From Bacteroidota bacterium (GTDB lineage Bacteria > Bacteroidota > Bacteroidia > Bacteroidales > F082): a stretch of DNA of 53,904 bases. Location of the stretch: assembly GCA_003650365.1 (NCBI GenBank), contig QMPA01000001.1, forward strand, positions 1 to 53,904. The letters are read 5' to 3'. The position numbers and the translations under genes were made by a program. Positions 28,596 to 38,061 of the stretch are shown piece after piece. The notes beneath the pieces are model-generated. The model was not told the DNA's origin and made no database searches. It saw nothing but the letters and a program-made list of their open reading frames with translations. Position 1 is the stretch's first letter; the number at the start of each line of letters is the position of its first letter.

Positions 28596-30500
28596 TTAGT
28601 TTGTTGCTGTGTCAATTCTTTTCTTTATTTCTTTCATAAAAGAATCATAATCGGTTTTTGTATTGTTATGCCTGCACTTTAACAGGCTAAGGTATGCTTT
28701 TGAATAATCTTTTTCCAAATAATAAACCTTGGAAAGATTATACAAGCCGGCTTCATAATATGGGAATATTTCAAGAGATTGTTTAAAATAGCCAATTGCC
28801 ATTTTGTTGTCACCCATTACTGATGAGGCTATGGCAAGGTTTTTAAGCACCGACACTTGATAAGGTGAGTATTTTAGAGCAAGTTCAAAGTCAGCCAGTG
28901 CCTGCTTGTGTTTATTTAGTTTCATATTGGCCAAACCCCTGTAATTGTGAATGGGCATTGAGTAATTATCAAGGCTTGTAAGTTTTGTAAATGCTTTATC
29001 AGTATTGATTATCATTTTATTAAAACTGTGGGTTTCCTGTGCCTGAAATATTTTTTTTATGTATATCTCTGAACGGAATAGAATACCGGAATAAATTGTT
29101 GCTAAAGCCAAGGCAATTACTGCCAGAACTTGATAAAGTAAAATGGGTTTTCTACTTTTCTGTTTTGGGTTTTCCGGGTATTTATAATAAACACTTATTA
29201 TTCCTGCCATCATTAACGAAAAATATATCTGGTGATTAATCCTTTCCAGCGGAAATGTAAAAAACGCAATGATAAAATAAGCACCAATTCCTGAAATCAT
29301 TAAGGCTGTAAAGATTAGTTTGTCTTTATCTATTTCCTGATAGATAATTTTAAAACTATAAATAGCAATTATTAGAAATAGAAGCAAATAAAACAGCAGT
29401 CCGAAAATTCCTTTTTCTGACAGCACCCAAAGGAAGTCATTATGGGGGCGCCTCCAGTTTAAAAAATTCGATCCATATTTTTGCTGATAATATGGCAATA
29501 CCGTAATTTTCCAGTTTCCGGCCCCAACGCCAAAAATGAGGTTATCCTTTGCCAAATCCCAGGTAGAACCCCACATTTGTAATCGCCCCTGATTGTTGTC
29601 TGATTGAAAGTCAAAAATTGACGAAATCTGATATTTTATCAATTTCGACATATCCGATTTTTTAATAACCAAGTAACTGCCAGATATTACAGTAAAAACG
29701 ATTATTGCAATTATAATTACCTTTTTTAAAAGGCCCGAATTATTGATTGATTTTTTCTTCAGTGCAATTGCTATCCACAATAGCGTAAAGATGACAATAA
29801 AGACCAGAGTAGCTATCCATACTGAGCGGGTTTGCAAAATTGTAATATTGAGTAGTATCATGGCAGTTGAATATAGGCTGAGTACCCACCACCATTTTTT
29901 AAAATTTAAGATGCCGAATAAAACAAATGGAAGCATTAGGAATAATGAAATGGCAAATTGGTTTTTGTGGGCCATTAGTCCTTTTACCCCATATAATGCC
30001 ATTAGCAAATCATTAGAAGAATTGCCCTGAAAAATGATGAAGTATTGAAACAATCCTATCGTGGTAGCAATTATGGAGCTAAATATCACACTTTTGACCA
30101 ATATTGAAATGAAGTTTTTAGTCTGAATAAAGATTCTTGTAGCAAAAATTAACAGGGTAAACGAAAGCAAGGTTTTGGTGATGTCGTATAAGCCTTCTGC
30201 AGGGTTTATGGCTTGGGTTAGTGAAAAAACCGACAATAGGAAATACAAAAAATACGCACGAAAAATTATTAGTCTGATAAAATCAAATTGAGGTTTATTT
30301 CTCTTGTTTTTACTTAGAAAGATGATTGAAAGAGTTAACATAGTAACCCCCCAAAAAAGCAAGCGGGGCGAGAGATTGGGATCTAATGTTCTTGATGAAA
30401 AAATCAAAGGAATAACAACGATAGTTGATACCAATAAGTAGCACAGATCAATTGGTTTTGATTGCTGTTTTAATTTTGTTCCTGGTGATTCTCTTTTCAT
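28596..30500 (-). CDS. O-antigen ligase/polymerase-like membrane protein with C-terminal TPR domain (paralog)
   Basis: RRPHNDFLWVLSEKGIFGLLFY loop, many TM helices, and a TPR-like C-terminus (YRGLANMKLNKHKQALADFELALKYSP..). Confidence 0.75.
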   Translation of the reverse strand: MKRESPGTKLKQQSKPIDLCYLLVSTIVVIPLIFSSRTLDPNLSPRLLFWGVTMLTLSIIFLSKNKRNKPQFDFIRLIIFRAYFLYFLLSVFSLTQAINPAEGLYDITKTLLSFTLLIFATRIFIQTKNFISILVKSVIFSSIIATTIGLFQYFIIFQGNSSNDLLMALYGVKGLMAHKNQFAISLFLMLPFVLFGILNFKKWWWVLSLYSTAMILLNITILQTRSVWIATLVFIVIFTLLWIAIALKKKSINNSGLLKKVIIIAIIVFTVISGSYLVIKKSDMSKLIKYQISSIFDFQSDNNQGRLQMWGSTWDLAKDNLIFGVGAGNWKITVLPYYQQKYGSNFLNWRRPHNDFLWVLSEKGIFGLLFYLLLFLIIAIYSFKIIYQEIDKDKLIFTALMISGIGAYFIIAFFTFPLERINHQIYFSLMMAGIISVYYKYPENPKQKSRKPILLYQVLAVIALALATIYSGILFRSEIYIKKIFQAQETHSFNKMIINTDKAFTKLTSLDNYSMPIHNYRGLANMKLNKHKQALADFELALKYSPYQVSVLKNLAIASSVMGDNKMAIGYFKQSLEIFPYYEAGLYNLSKVYYLEKDYSKAYLSLLKCRHNNTKTDYDSFMKEIKKRIDTATN

Positions 30501-30881
30501 GGATGTTTACTACTACATTTAAGGCTAGATATTTTTCTCAATTGCTATTTTATTGTGTGTGTTTATTTATGCGATATTGTTAAAGTAGGTTAAGCGTTGG
30601 TCTGCTTTAATATTTGGAAATATGGTCTGAAGTTATACCAAATAAATATCAGAATGGACCTTTTAATAAAAGTATTTCTTCGTTTAGTAAGTTATAAGAT
30701 TTTTTATATCTGCAAGGACGGCAGATTTTTTCAAAGAAAACAATCGGTAAAAGACGAAGTGGTTCATTTTGGTGTATATTCGGTTAAACACTCGCAAAAG
30801 TAAAATATGCTAATGTAAAACTAAATGAATAAATTGAATGAGACAGTCTAAATTCAATTTCCTTATCTCAACAAGTGGAGT

Positions 30882-31102
30882 GTTTTTGATCCTGAATTAC
30901 TAAAACTATAGAGTCATTTAGCTATGGGCGGAACATTTTATAAATGGATTGGCTATTCAATTTTGACTGGAAAGAGGTAAAAGGACAATTTGAAAGGAGA
31001 GAATACAAGCTTGGCTATGTGGTGGTTGTTAACATGTTTAGTCATTCTTCATTAGTTTATATGATAGGCTTAATGTCAGAACCATTTCCGGGTGGTGGCT
31101 AA
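30882..31102 (+). pseudogene. Decayed fragment of a GT2 gene paralogous to 11685-12593
   Basis: Reads VFDPELLKL*SHLAMGGTFYKWIGYSILTGKR*, then after a frameshift GQFERREYKLGYVVVVNMFSHSSLVYMIGLMSE. The intact gene has ILDYKDKELIQNVGGTFNKWIGYSVLLGMGEKDIGQFDKKEIKLDYVIGASMFCHSSLLQKIGLLSD. The fragment has an in-frame TAG at 30909, a TAA at 30978 and a frame change. Confidence 0.75.
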
Positions 31103-31206
31103 AGAGGTAATTACAATTAAATAGAATATTGAAAAAAATTAATAAAAGATGAATATTCAGAGAGTTTTTATCTTTGAACCGAAAACAAAAAAATGAAAAT
31201 GTTATT

Positions 31207-31665
31207 ATGGAATTATTTGAAACTTTAAAAGTAAATGTACCTAATGTAGTGCATGAAACCATTGATGGGGAAACTATTTTACTTGACTTGAAATCAGGGA
31301 ATTATTTTAGTCTGGATGGTGCAGGTGCCGTCATCTGGGAATTTATTGATAAGACTGGAAATTGGGGAGAAGTCATAAATATAATGACTACTGCTAACCA
31401 AAAACAAAAAAATAATATTTCCAATGCTATAGAAAACTTTGTGAAAAAACTTGTAGAAGAACAATTATTGGTCAAAACCGATGTTGGTGTTAAATCAGTG
31501 GAAACACCTGATTTAACAAAACAACTGGTAGATGCTGCCGGGGACTTTAAAATACCATTGGTTAATAAATACTCTGATATGCAGGATCTTCTATTGCTCG
31601 ATCCGATTCATGATGTGGATGAAAAAGGTTGGCCCGAAAGCAAAGACAATCAACCCGAAAGTTAA
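31207..31665 (+). CDS. PqqD-like (RRE-type peptide-binding) protein with ~60-aa acidic C-terminal extension
   Basis: ETIDGETILLDLKSGNYFSLDGAGAVIWEFIDKTGNWGEVINIM has the typical PqqD-family beta-strand/helix pattern. The tail DFKIPLVNKYSDMQDLLLLDPIHDVDEKGWPESKDNQPES ends in Ser. The ORF-track start at 31174 is TTG. The first ATG is at 31207. Confidence 0.7.
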   Translation: MELFETLKVNVPNVVHETIDGETILLDLKSGNYFSLDGAGAVIWEFIDKTGNWGEVINIMTTANQKQKNNISNAIENFVKKLVEEQLLVKTDVGVKSVETPDLTKQLVDAAGDFKIPLVNKYSDMQDLLLLDPIHDVDEKGWPESKDNQPES

Positions 31666-31721
31666 TGCCTGATTATAGTGATTAAACACTTTATTTTCCT
31701 CGATCTTTCACCCACCCTTTT

Positions 31722-32876
31722 ATGAGCAAGAATTCCAATAGCCCTTTTCCAAACAAATCGCAGGAATTGTTATTACAGGCTGCCTTGTTGAAGGGGGAGC
31801 CGATGAAGAAGGCCTGGAATGAGTGGAAGTTGGCTGTCGATTTTGAAAAGGATATAGCGTATGCATCTTTCAGAATGCTCCCACTATTGTACAATAATTT
31901 ACATACACAAGGTGTTAAAGATGCATTAATGCCTCGCCTCAAAGGGATGTATCGCAAGTCATGGTCGAATAATCATTTGCTTTTTCACAAGACGGCCAAA
32001 GTGTTAAAATTATTGCATAGCAATGAAATCCCAACAATAGTTATGAAAGGGATTGCTTTAACGATCGAGGTTTACAAAAATTATAGCGTAAGGCCCATGG
32101 CCGATATGGATATTCTTGTCCCGCTTGCACAATCCGGAAAAACGATTGATATACTTAAAAATGAAGGTTGGATTTTACAAAATGAACAGTACCTGGAATT
32201 CAACCTGAAATATGGCCGCAGTGCTACTTTTCACGATTCCGAAAAAACTGAATTGGACCTGCACTGGCATCCCATTTTTGAAGCTCATGATAATATTTCT
32301 AAAGATGATTTTTGGGATAGCTCTGTATCGCTTGAAGTAGCAGGGGAAAAAACACGTGCTTTTTGTTTGACAGACAACTTTTTCCACACCATTGTACATG
32401 GCTTAAGGTACAATCCCGAACCACCCATTCGCTGGGTTGCCGATGCATTTACAATATTGAATTCAGAAGACTGTATTATTGACTGGAACAGGCTATTGCG
32501 CCATACCAAAAAGTTTAGGGTTTCGCTTCAAATGAAAGATGCATTGAATTATCTTATCGAAAATTTTCAGGCACAGGTTTCCCGGAATTTTCTTGAGGAA
32601 CTTGATAAGATAAAATCAACTTTCTCTGATCGCTTGGTGTTCCATCATGCCAAAAAGTATGGTGACGACAATCCGAAAACGGTGTATGAAAAACTATATT
32701 CAGTTTATGCTGCCTACTTGCGGCAATCAAAACATACTGGCTTATGGGTACAGCACATTGGTTTTGTCAGGTATATGCATTTTCGTACAAAAGAAAAACC
32801 ATATTTCAGAATCTTGATTTATTATTCTTCATTGCTGTTTAAAAAAACGAAAAAAACTAAAATCAAGCCTGATTGA
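31722..32876 (+). CDS. Uncharacterised nucleotidyltransferase family protein (NTP_transf_5-like)
   Basis: IPTIVMKGIALTIEVYKNYSVRPMADMDILVP and ELDLHWHP match the characteristic core of this family. Confidence 0.7.
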   Translation: MSKNSNSPFPNKSQELLLQAALLKGEPMKKAWNEWKLAVDFEKDIAYASFRMLPLLYNNLHTQGVKDALMPRLKGMYRKSWSNNHLLFHKTAKVLKLLHSNEIPTIVMKGIALTIEVYKNYSVRPMADMDILVPLAQSGKTIDILKNEGWILQNEQYLEFNLKYGRSATFHDSEKTELDLHWHPIFEAHDNISKDDFWDSSVSLEVAGEKTRAFCLTDNFFHTIVHGLRYNPEPPIRWVADAFTILNSEDCIIDWNRLLRHTKKFRVSLQMKDALNYLIENFQAQVSRNFLEELDKIKSTFSDRLVFHHAKKYGDDNPKTVYEKLYSVYAAYLRQSKHTGLWVQHIGFVRYMHFRTKEKPYFRILIYYSSLLFKKTKKTKIKPD

Positions 32877-32884
32877 TAAAGAAA

Positions 32885-34579
32885 ATGAGATTGTTCAAAA
32901 AAAATAGGCAAATACTCCCCTACTTTTCTAAGGAAGCATGGCAATATTATATGCAGTTCTTCAAAGGACAGGGCAGGAAAATGATTGCGGTTTCAGCAGG
33001 ATCAACAGCTCAGGCTACCCTCATTATTCCTATTTTACTTTTGGTTAGGTATATCTTCGATGTGGCAATTCCTGCAAAAGATGTTGTGGTGCTTATCTAC
33101 ATAGGATTAGCCATTATTGGGATCAGATTGATTAATGCAGCTACCACGCTTTTCCTGAGAAAAATTAATATTAAAATTGTAACAACGGCTATCTTCAAAC
33201 TTCGTGAAGACCTGATGATTAAGGTTCTTTCGCTTTCCAGATCTTTCTATACGCACGAAGATCAGCGGGTATTGCATACCCGAATTGTCCAGGATACTGA
33301 GCGGATTATGCGGATGAGTAATGCGCTGATATCAAGTCTAATACCTGCCATTTTGATCAGTATCGGACTTGGTGTAATTCTATTGGTATTAAACTGGTTC
33401 CTGTTTCTTGCAATTTTATTGTTTTTCCCGGTTATCTTCTTTTCAAGCCGTTTTATGGGAAAAATTGTTAAAAAGCGTGTATTTGCCTACCAACGGGCTT
33501 TCGAAGGTTTTAGTAAAGGGGTTATGTTTGTTATGAAGTTTTTGGACTTAATAAAAGTTCAATCGGCAGAACCTTATGAAAGTCAAAAACAAATTGAAAC
33601 CCTAAGGGATTTACAGGAAAAAACAACCCGTAGAACATACTTCTTTGCAGTAAACGGGCAGGTGCAAACATTTTTGGTTGGCATTTCCGGTATCATAGTA
33701 ATAGTCATCGGGGGTATTTCTGTAATTAAGGAGATAATGACAATTGGCGACTTTTTTGCTTTCTACATTGCAGCAAACCGTCTTCAATCCACTATCAATA
33801 CCATTACCAGTTCGTTTGCAAATATTGTTACCGGAAACGAATCACTTATTACTTTGTATGATATTGCTTCCAACCGCGAAACAGAGCCTTATTCGGGGAA
33901 TAAAAAGATTGATTTTTCTGGAGATATAAAATTTGAATCGGTTTCATTTAAGTATACCGAAAAACCTGTTTTAAAGGACATTTCGCTACAATTAACACCC
34001 AACAGCAGACTAGCTATAATAGGGGCGAACGGTGCAGGAAAATCAACCATTATTAATTTAATACTGGGGTTTTATGCGCCACAATCCGGAAATATTACTG
34101 CCGATGGAATACCATTTTTAGATGTAGATTTTCAGCACTTTAGAAGATATATTGGTGTTGTATCGCAACATCCATTGCTAATACCTGGAACCATTCGCTA
34201 CAATATTGATTATGGAAGCGAGTGGGCAAATGAGCAGGATGTGCTTACTGCATCCAAACTTGCACTTGCCCATGATTTTATTGCTGAACTTCCCGATGGC
34301 TACGAAACACAGATTGGTGAAGATGGTGTATTGCTTTCGGGAGGTGAGCGGCAAAAAATTGCTATTGCGAGGGCGTTACTTCGACGGCCCAAACTGTTAA
34401 TTCTTGATGAGCCTACCAATCACTTTGATCTTCTAGCAGTGAAAAAAATTATGCAAAGTATTCAAGATATTGATTACTCTCCGGCAATTCTGATTATTAG
34501 TCACGATATGCAAGTAGTAAGTACTGCTAAACAAATTTTCATACTTGAAGATGGCTATCTGAACCCGTATAAAAACTAA
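32885..34579 (+). CDS. ABC exporter, fused permease + ATPase (MsbA/McjD-like architecture)
   Basis: Six-helix N-terminal half. Walker A GANGAGKST, signature LSGGERQKIAIARALL, Walker B LLILDEPTNHFD. No N-terminal C39 peptidase domain. The ATG at 32885 is preferred over the TTG at 32873. Confidence 0.9.
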   Translation: MRLFKKNRQILPYFSKEAWQYYMQFFKGQGRKMIAVSAGSTAQATLIIPILLLVRYIFDVAIPAKDVVVLIYIGLAIIGIRLINAATTLFLRKINIKIVTTAIFKLREDLMIKVLSLSRSFYTHEDQRVLHTRIVQDTERIMRMSNALISSLIPAILISIGLGVILLVLNWFLFLAILLFFPVIFFSSRFMGKIVKKRVFAYQRAFEGFSKGVMFVMKFLDLIKVQSAEPYESQKQIETLRDLQEKTTRRTYFFAVNGQVQTFLVGISGIIVIVIGGISVIKEIMTIGDFFAFYIAANRLQSTINTITSSFANIVTGNESLITLYDIASNRETEPYSGNKKIDFSGDIKFESVSFKYTEKPVLKDISLQLTPNSRLAIIGANGAGKSTIINLILGFYAPQSGNITADGIPFLDVDFQHFRRYIGVVSQHPLLIPGTIRYNIDYGSEWANEQDVLTASKLALAHDFIAELPDGYETQIGEDGVLLSGGERQKIAIARALLRRPKLLILDEPTNHFDLLAVKKIMQSIQDIDYSPAILIISHDMQVVSTAKQIFILEDGYLNPYKN

Positions 34580-34602
34580 GATGGAAAAATAGAAAAAGAA
34601 AA

Positions 34603-35331
34603 ATGCAAGAAAAGAAAAACAAAACTTTAGAAACAACTCACCCATTGGTCAGCATCATTATTCCCACATACAATCATGGAAAATATTTACATGATGCACT
34701 AAGCAGTGTTTTTGCTGATTCATATTCACCCAAAGAAGTAATTGTTGTAAACGATGGTTCAACTGATAATACTGCCGAAATTGCAGCGTCATTTCCTCAT
34801 CTGCAATATATTTATCAAAAAAACCAAGGTGTTGCAGTGGCACGAAATACTGGAGTTCGAGCTGCAAAAGGTAAATACATAGCCTTTCTCGATAGTGATG
34901 ATATTTGGATGGCCGGACGCATAAAACGCACAATTGACTATTTTTTAAAACATCCTGATGTTGAATATGTGCTTGCTCAACAAAAAATGTTTCTGGAAAA
35001 GGATTACCCAAAACCTGCACATATTGAACAAGCATGGTTAGAAAAGCCGATAGATACATCGGGCTCTGGTGTATTAACTGTGCGACGTTCTTGCTTTGAA
35101 AAGATTGGGCTTTTTAACCCTGATTATCAGATAGGCGAGGACACGGAGTGGTTTCTTAGGGCAAACGAGGCAAATATACTGGTGGGCAGAATGGATTTTG
35201 TTGCTATCAAACGAAGGATTCATGGTGCAAACCTTACAGTTGCCCAAGTTAAAGAAGCCAGGTTTAGTTTGTTTAAAATGATGAAGGAATCGATTGAGAG
35301 AAAAAAGGGGGCAGCATCGAAAAATAGTTGA
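34603..35331 (+). CDS. Family 2 glycosyltransferase
   Basis: VSIIIPTYNHGKYLHDALSSVF..VIVVNDGSTDNT, FLDSDD, and later GEDTEWFLRA. Confidence 0.85.
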   Translation: MQEKKNKTLETTHPLVSIIIPTYNHGKYLHDALSSVFADSYSPKEVIVVNDGSTDNTAEIAASFPHLQYIYQKNQGVAVARNTGVRAAKGKYIAFLDSDDIWMAGRIKRTIDYFLKHPDVEYVLAQQKMFLEKDYPKPAHIEQAWLEKPIDTSGSGVLTVRRSCFEKIGLFNPDYQIGEDTEWFLRANEANILVGRMDFVAIKRRIHGANLTVAQVKEARFSLFKMMKESIERKKGAASKNS

Positions 35332-35335
35332 AATA

Positions 35336-37891
35336 ATGGATAAACCTGTCAAAACAGAAATTGAACAAATTGCCTTTTATCAGCAATGTTTAAGCAGATT
35401 TGATCAAGCTGCTAAAAACACAGGGATAGTCCACAGGTATTATTCAATTGCCGGAACGCATGTTTGTTTGTGTTTTGCCGGTGAGGCAATGATTCCGTAC
35501 ATGACACCTGCGCTCGAACATTTACGCATACCTGAAATGTCAAATCCTGACATGACGATTCATGTTTGGGATACTTTTTCCACAAAAATAGAAATGCCAC
35601 CACCACCATGCGAATGGGCCGATTTTACCGATAGAGGTGATATTTGGGGTTTTAACAGCAAGCGGATAAAAACTGCTTTTCACTGGAGCGAGTATTCTGT
35701 AAATGTGATGGATATGCTTTCCAACTCGGGAGTGTATTGGGTTAAAAACCCCAAAGCACTGCCATATTGGGTTTATTCCTCTCCTTTTCGGTCGATGATA
35801 CAATGGTGGATGGAGAAAAACAATTGCCAGCTTCTCCATGCGGCAGCAGTTGGCACCGAAAATGGAGCCGTTTTAATTACAGGAAAAGGAGGTGTTGGAA
35901 AATCAACCACTGCCATCAGTAGTATCAATGCCGGTTTGTTTTATCTATCAGATGATTATGTGATTGTAAAAAAAGGAAGCGATCCCAAAGTTTATAGCCT
36001 TTATTCTACGGCAAAGCTGAATATGGAGGATATGCCGAAGTTTCCAACATTGCAAAAGTTTGCCGGACAGGTTGTTGAAGAAGACCAGGAAAAAGCTGTA
36101 TTGTTTCTTTATCCGGAACTTAAAAATCAGCTAAAAAGGGAAATGCCACTTAAAGCTATTCTTACGCCTAAAATTATTGAACAGAAAAACAGCGAAATTT
36201 TACAAACTTCTTTTTGGCCTGTTCAGCGGGCGATGTCGTTTACCACCATGTCGCAACTTCCAGGCGTTGGAAGCCATACCCACCAATACATCAGTGCGCT
36301 CACCAAACAATTACCCTGTTATACCATTGGTTTGGGAAGGGATTTGAATGAGATACCGAAGGTTATTGCTAACTTATTGGCGCATCCCGAAAATTTTACT
36401 TTTCAGAATATTGAAACAAATCAACATGTTGAATACCCACTTATTAGCATTGTTATGCCTGTTTTTAATGGTGAACGCTTTATCAATGAAGCCATTGAAA
36501 ATATACTAAATCAAAACTATCCTGCCATTGAAATTATTATTATTGATGATGGTTCGACCGATAACTCAAAAACAGTAATTGATGAACTGCCGGTTGATGT
36601 ACGTTATTTCCACCAGCCCAATGCCGGACCTGGTGCAGCCCGAAATCGTGGTATCAGGGATGTGTCAGGAGATTATATAGCATTTTTAGATGTTGATGAT
36701 TTGTGGCCCGAAAAAAATCTGGAAATGCTGATGAACCACTTGCAACAAAATCCTAAGCTGGATATTGTAAGGGGATATGCACAGTTGCTAAATGTTGATG
36801 ATGATGGAAAGGCAATATATATTGGAAATCCGCAGGAGTCATTTCCTGATTATATTGGTGCCGGATTGTACCGGAAATCGGTTTTTAGTACTGTTGGATT
36901 GTATGATCCTGAATTGAGGTTTGGCGAAGATGGTGATTGGTTTAACCGGGCACAGGAAATAAATACAAACATAAAAAGGCTAGATGAAGTTACGCTGTAC
37001 GTGCGCCGTCATGATAAGAACATGACAGAGGGCAAAAGCCTGGTAGAACTCAATATGCTCAAAGTGTTTAAAAAGAAATTGGAAAGGACGCGCAATCAGA
37101 AGCCTCTTGAGTCTGCTACCCCTTCTAAAAATACGAACATATCCAATCCATTGATTAGTGTAATTATCCCGGTTTATAATGGTGCAGCATTTTTGGCCGA
37201 TGCTATAAGCAGCGTTTTGAACCAGCACCATAACCCGCTCGAGATTATTGTGGTTGACGATGGTTCAACCGACAAAACTGCTGAGGTAGTACAAATGATG
37301 GCCGACAACATCAAATATATTTTTCAGGAAAACAAAGGTGTTGCGGCTGCCCGAAATAAAGGACTGGAAATGGCCAGAGGAACATACATTGCTTTTTTGG
37401 ATGCTGATGATGTTTGGGGTGAAAGCAAACTCGCACGACAGATTGAACTATTGAATGAAAATACAACAATTGGTGGTGTAATTGGTTCAACCTATCAAAT
37501 ACCGCTTTCGATGGAATTGGAACAGGCATTTTCTGAATCAGTAGAAAAAGGCATGTTTATGATGTGTCTTGGTGGCTCGCTTTTCAGGAAAAGTGTTTTT
37601 AAAAAAGTGGGTAATTTTGATGAAGAAATGTTTTCTGCGGAGGATATTGACTGGTTTTTTAGAGCAAGGGAATCAAAGCTTCATATTCTTATCCATAAGG
37701 ATGTTGTCCTGTATTTTAGGCTGCACGGAAAAAATATTTCCAACGACAAAAAAAAGGTAAATTTCTATCTTTTAAAAGCCTATAAAAAATCAATAAGTCG
37801 ACGGAAAAAATCAGGAAAAAATCAGACAATAAAATTTCCAAAGCTTGATAATGTTGATGAGGTGATGAAGTTTTGGCAATCGAACGATTGA
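35336..37891 (+). CDS. Three-domain fusion: HPr-kinase-like P-loop domain + GT2 + GT2
   Basis: The N-terminal ~375 aa contain LHAAAVGTENGAVLITGKGGVGKSTTAISSINAGLFYLSDDYVIV, the same layout as the HprK/P C-terminal catalytic domain (P-loop at 35882-35908). GT2 domain 1 is ISIVMPVFNGERFI..IIIIDDGSTDNS..FLDVDD. GT2 domain 2 is ISVIIPVYNGAAFL..IIVVDDGSTDKT..FLDADD. The ATG at 35336 lies 5 nt after the upstream stop. Confidence 0.75.
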   Translation: MDKPVKTEIEQIAFYQQCLSRFDQAAKNTGIVHRYYSIAGTHVCLCFAGEAMIPYMTPALEHLRIPEMSNPDMTIHVWDTFSTKIEMPPPPCEWADFTDRGDIWGFNSKRIKTAFHWSEYSVNVMDMLSNSGVYWVKNPKALPYWVYSSPFRSMIQWWMEKNNCQLLHAAAVGTENGAVLITGKGGVGKSTTAISSINAGLFYLSDDYVIVKKGSDPKVYSLYSTAKLNMEDMPKFPTLQKFAGQVVEEDQEKAVLFLYPELKNQLKREMPLKAILTPKIIEQKNSEILQTSFWPVQRAMSFTTMSQLPGVGSHTHQYISALTKQLPCYTIGLGRDLNEIPKVIANLLAHPENFTFQNIETNQHVEYPLISIVMPVFNGERFINEAIENILNQNYPAIEIIIIDDGSTDNSKTVIDELPVDVRYFHQPNAGPGAARNRGIRDVSGDYIAFLDVDDLWPEKNLEMLMNHLQQNPKLDIVRGYAQLLNVDDDGKAIYIGNPQESFPDYIGAGLYRKSVFSTVGLYDPELRFGEDGDWFNRAQEINTNIKRLDEVTLYVRRHDKNMTEGKSLVELNMLKVFKKKLERTRNQKPLESATPSKNTNISNPLISVIIPVYNGAAFLADAISSVLNQHHNPLEIIVVDDGSTDKTAEVVQMMADNIKYIFQENKGVAAARNKGLEMARGTYIAFLDADDVWGESKLARQIELLNENTTIGGVIGSTYQIPLSMELEQAFSESVEKGMFMMCLGGSLFRKSVFKKVGNFDEEMFSAEDIDWFFRARESKLHILIHKDVVLYFRLHGKNISNDKKKVNFYLLKAYKKSISRRKKSGKNQTIKFPKLDNVDEVMKFWQSND

Positions 37892-38061
37892 TGTAAGTTT
37901 TGCGAAAACAATCACTATAGAACTGGAAACACCATAATTGGCTTAGTAATGAAGGTACTTAATGGAATACAATTTTTTGTAGTGGACATACAAAATATGC
38001 AGAAAAGAAACGTTTGATGTTTTCCTGTAATTAATTATCATCAAAACATAACTTATTTATC

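Noticed and set aside
30597-30803. 68-aa ORF (TTG start; 49 aa from the internal ATG) as a real gene or RiPP precursor
   Set aside because: It lies in an AT-rich gap next to a gene remnant. It has a non-ATG start, an odd composition and no recognisable motif or leader/core organisation. It cannot be supported from the sequence alone.
31149-31196. 15-aa ORF (MNIQRVFIFEPKTKK) just upstream of the PqqD-like gene, and 22-aa ORF (MKVLNGIQFFVVDIQNMQKRNV, 37949-38017), as precursor peptides
   Set aside because: ORFs of this size occur by chance in AT-rich DNA, and no conservation evidence is available here. They are kept only as test candidates inside the main finding, not as features.
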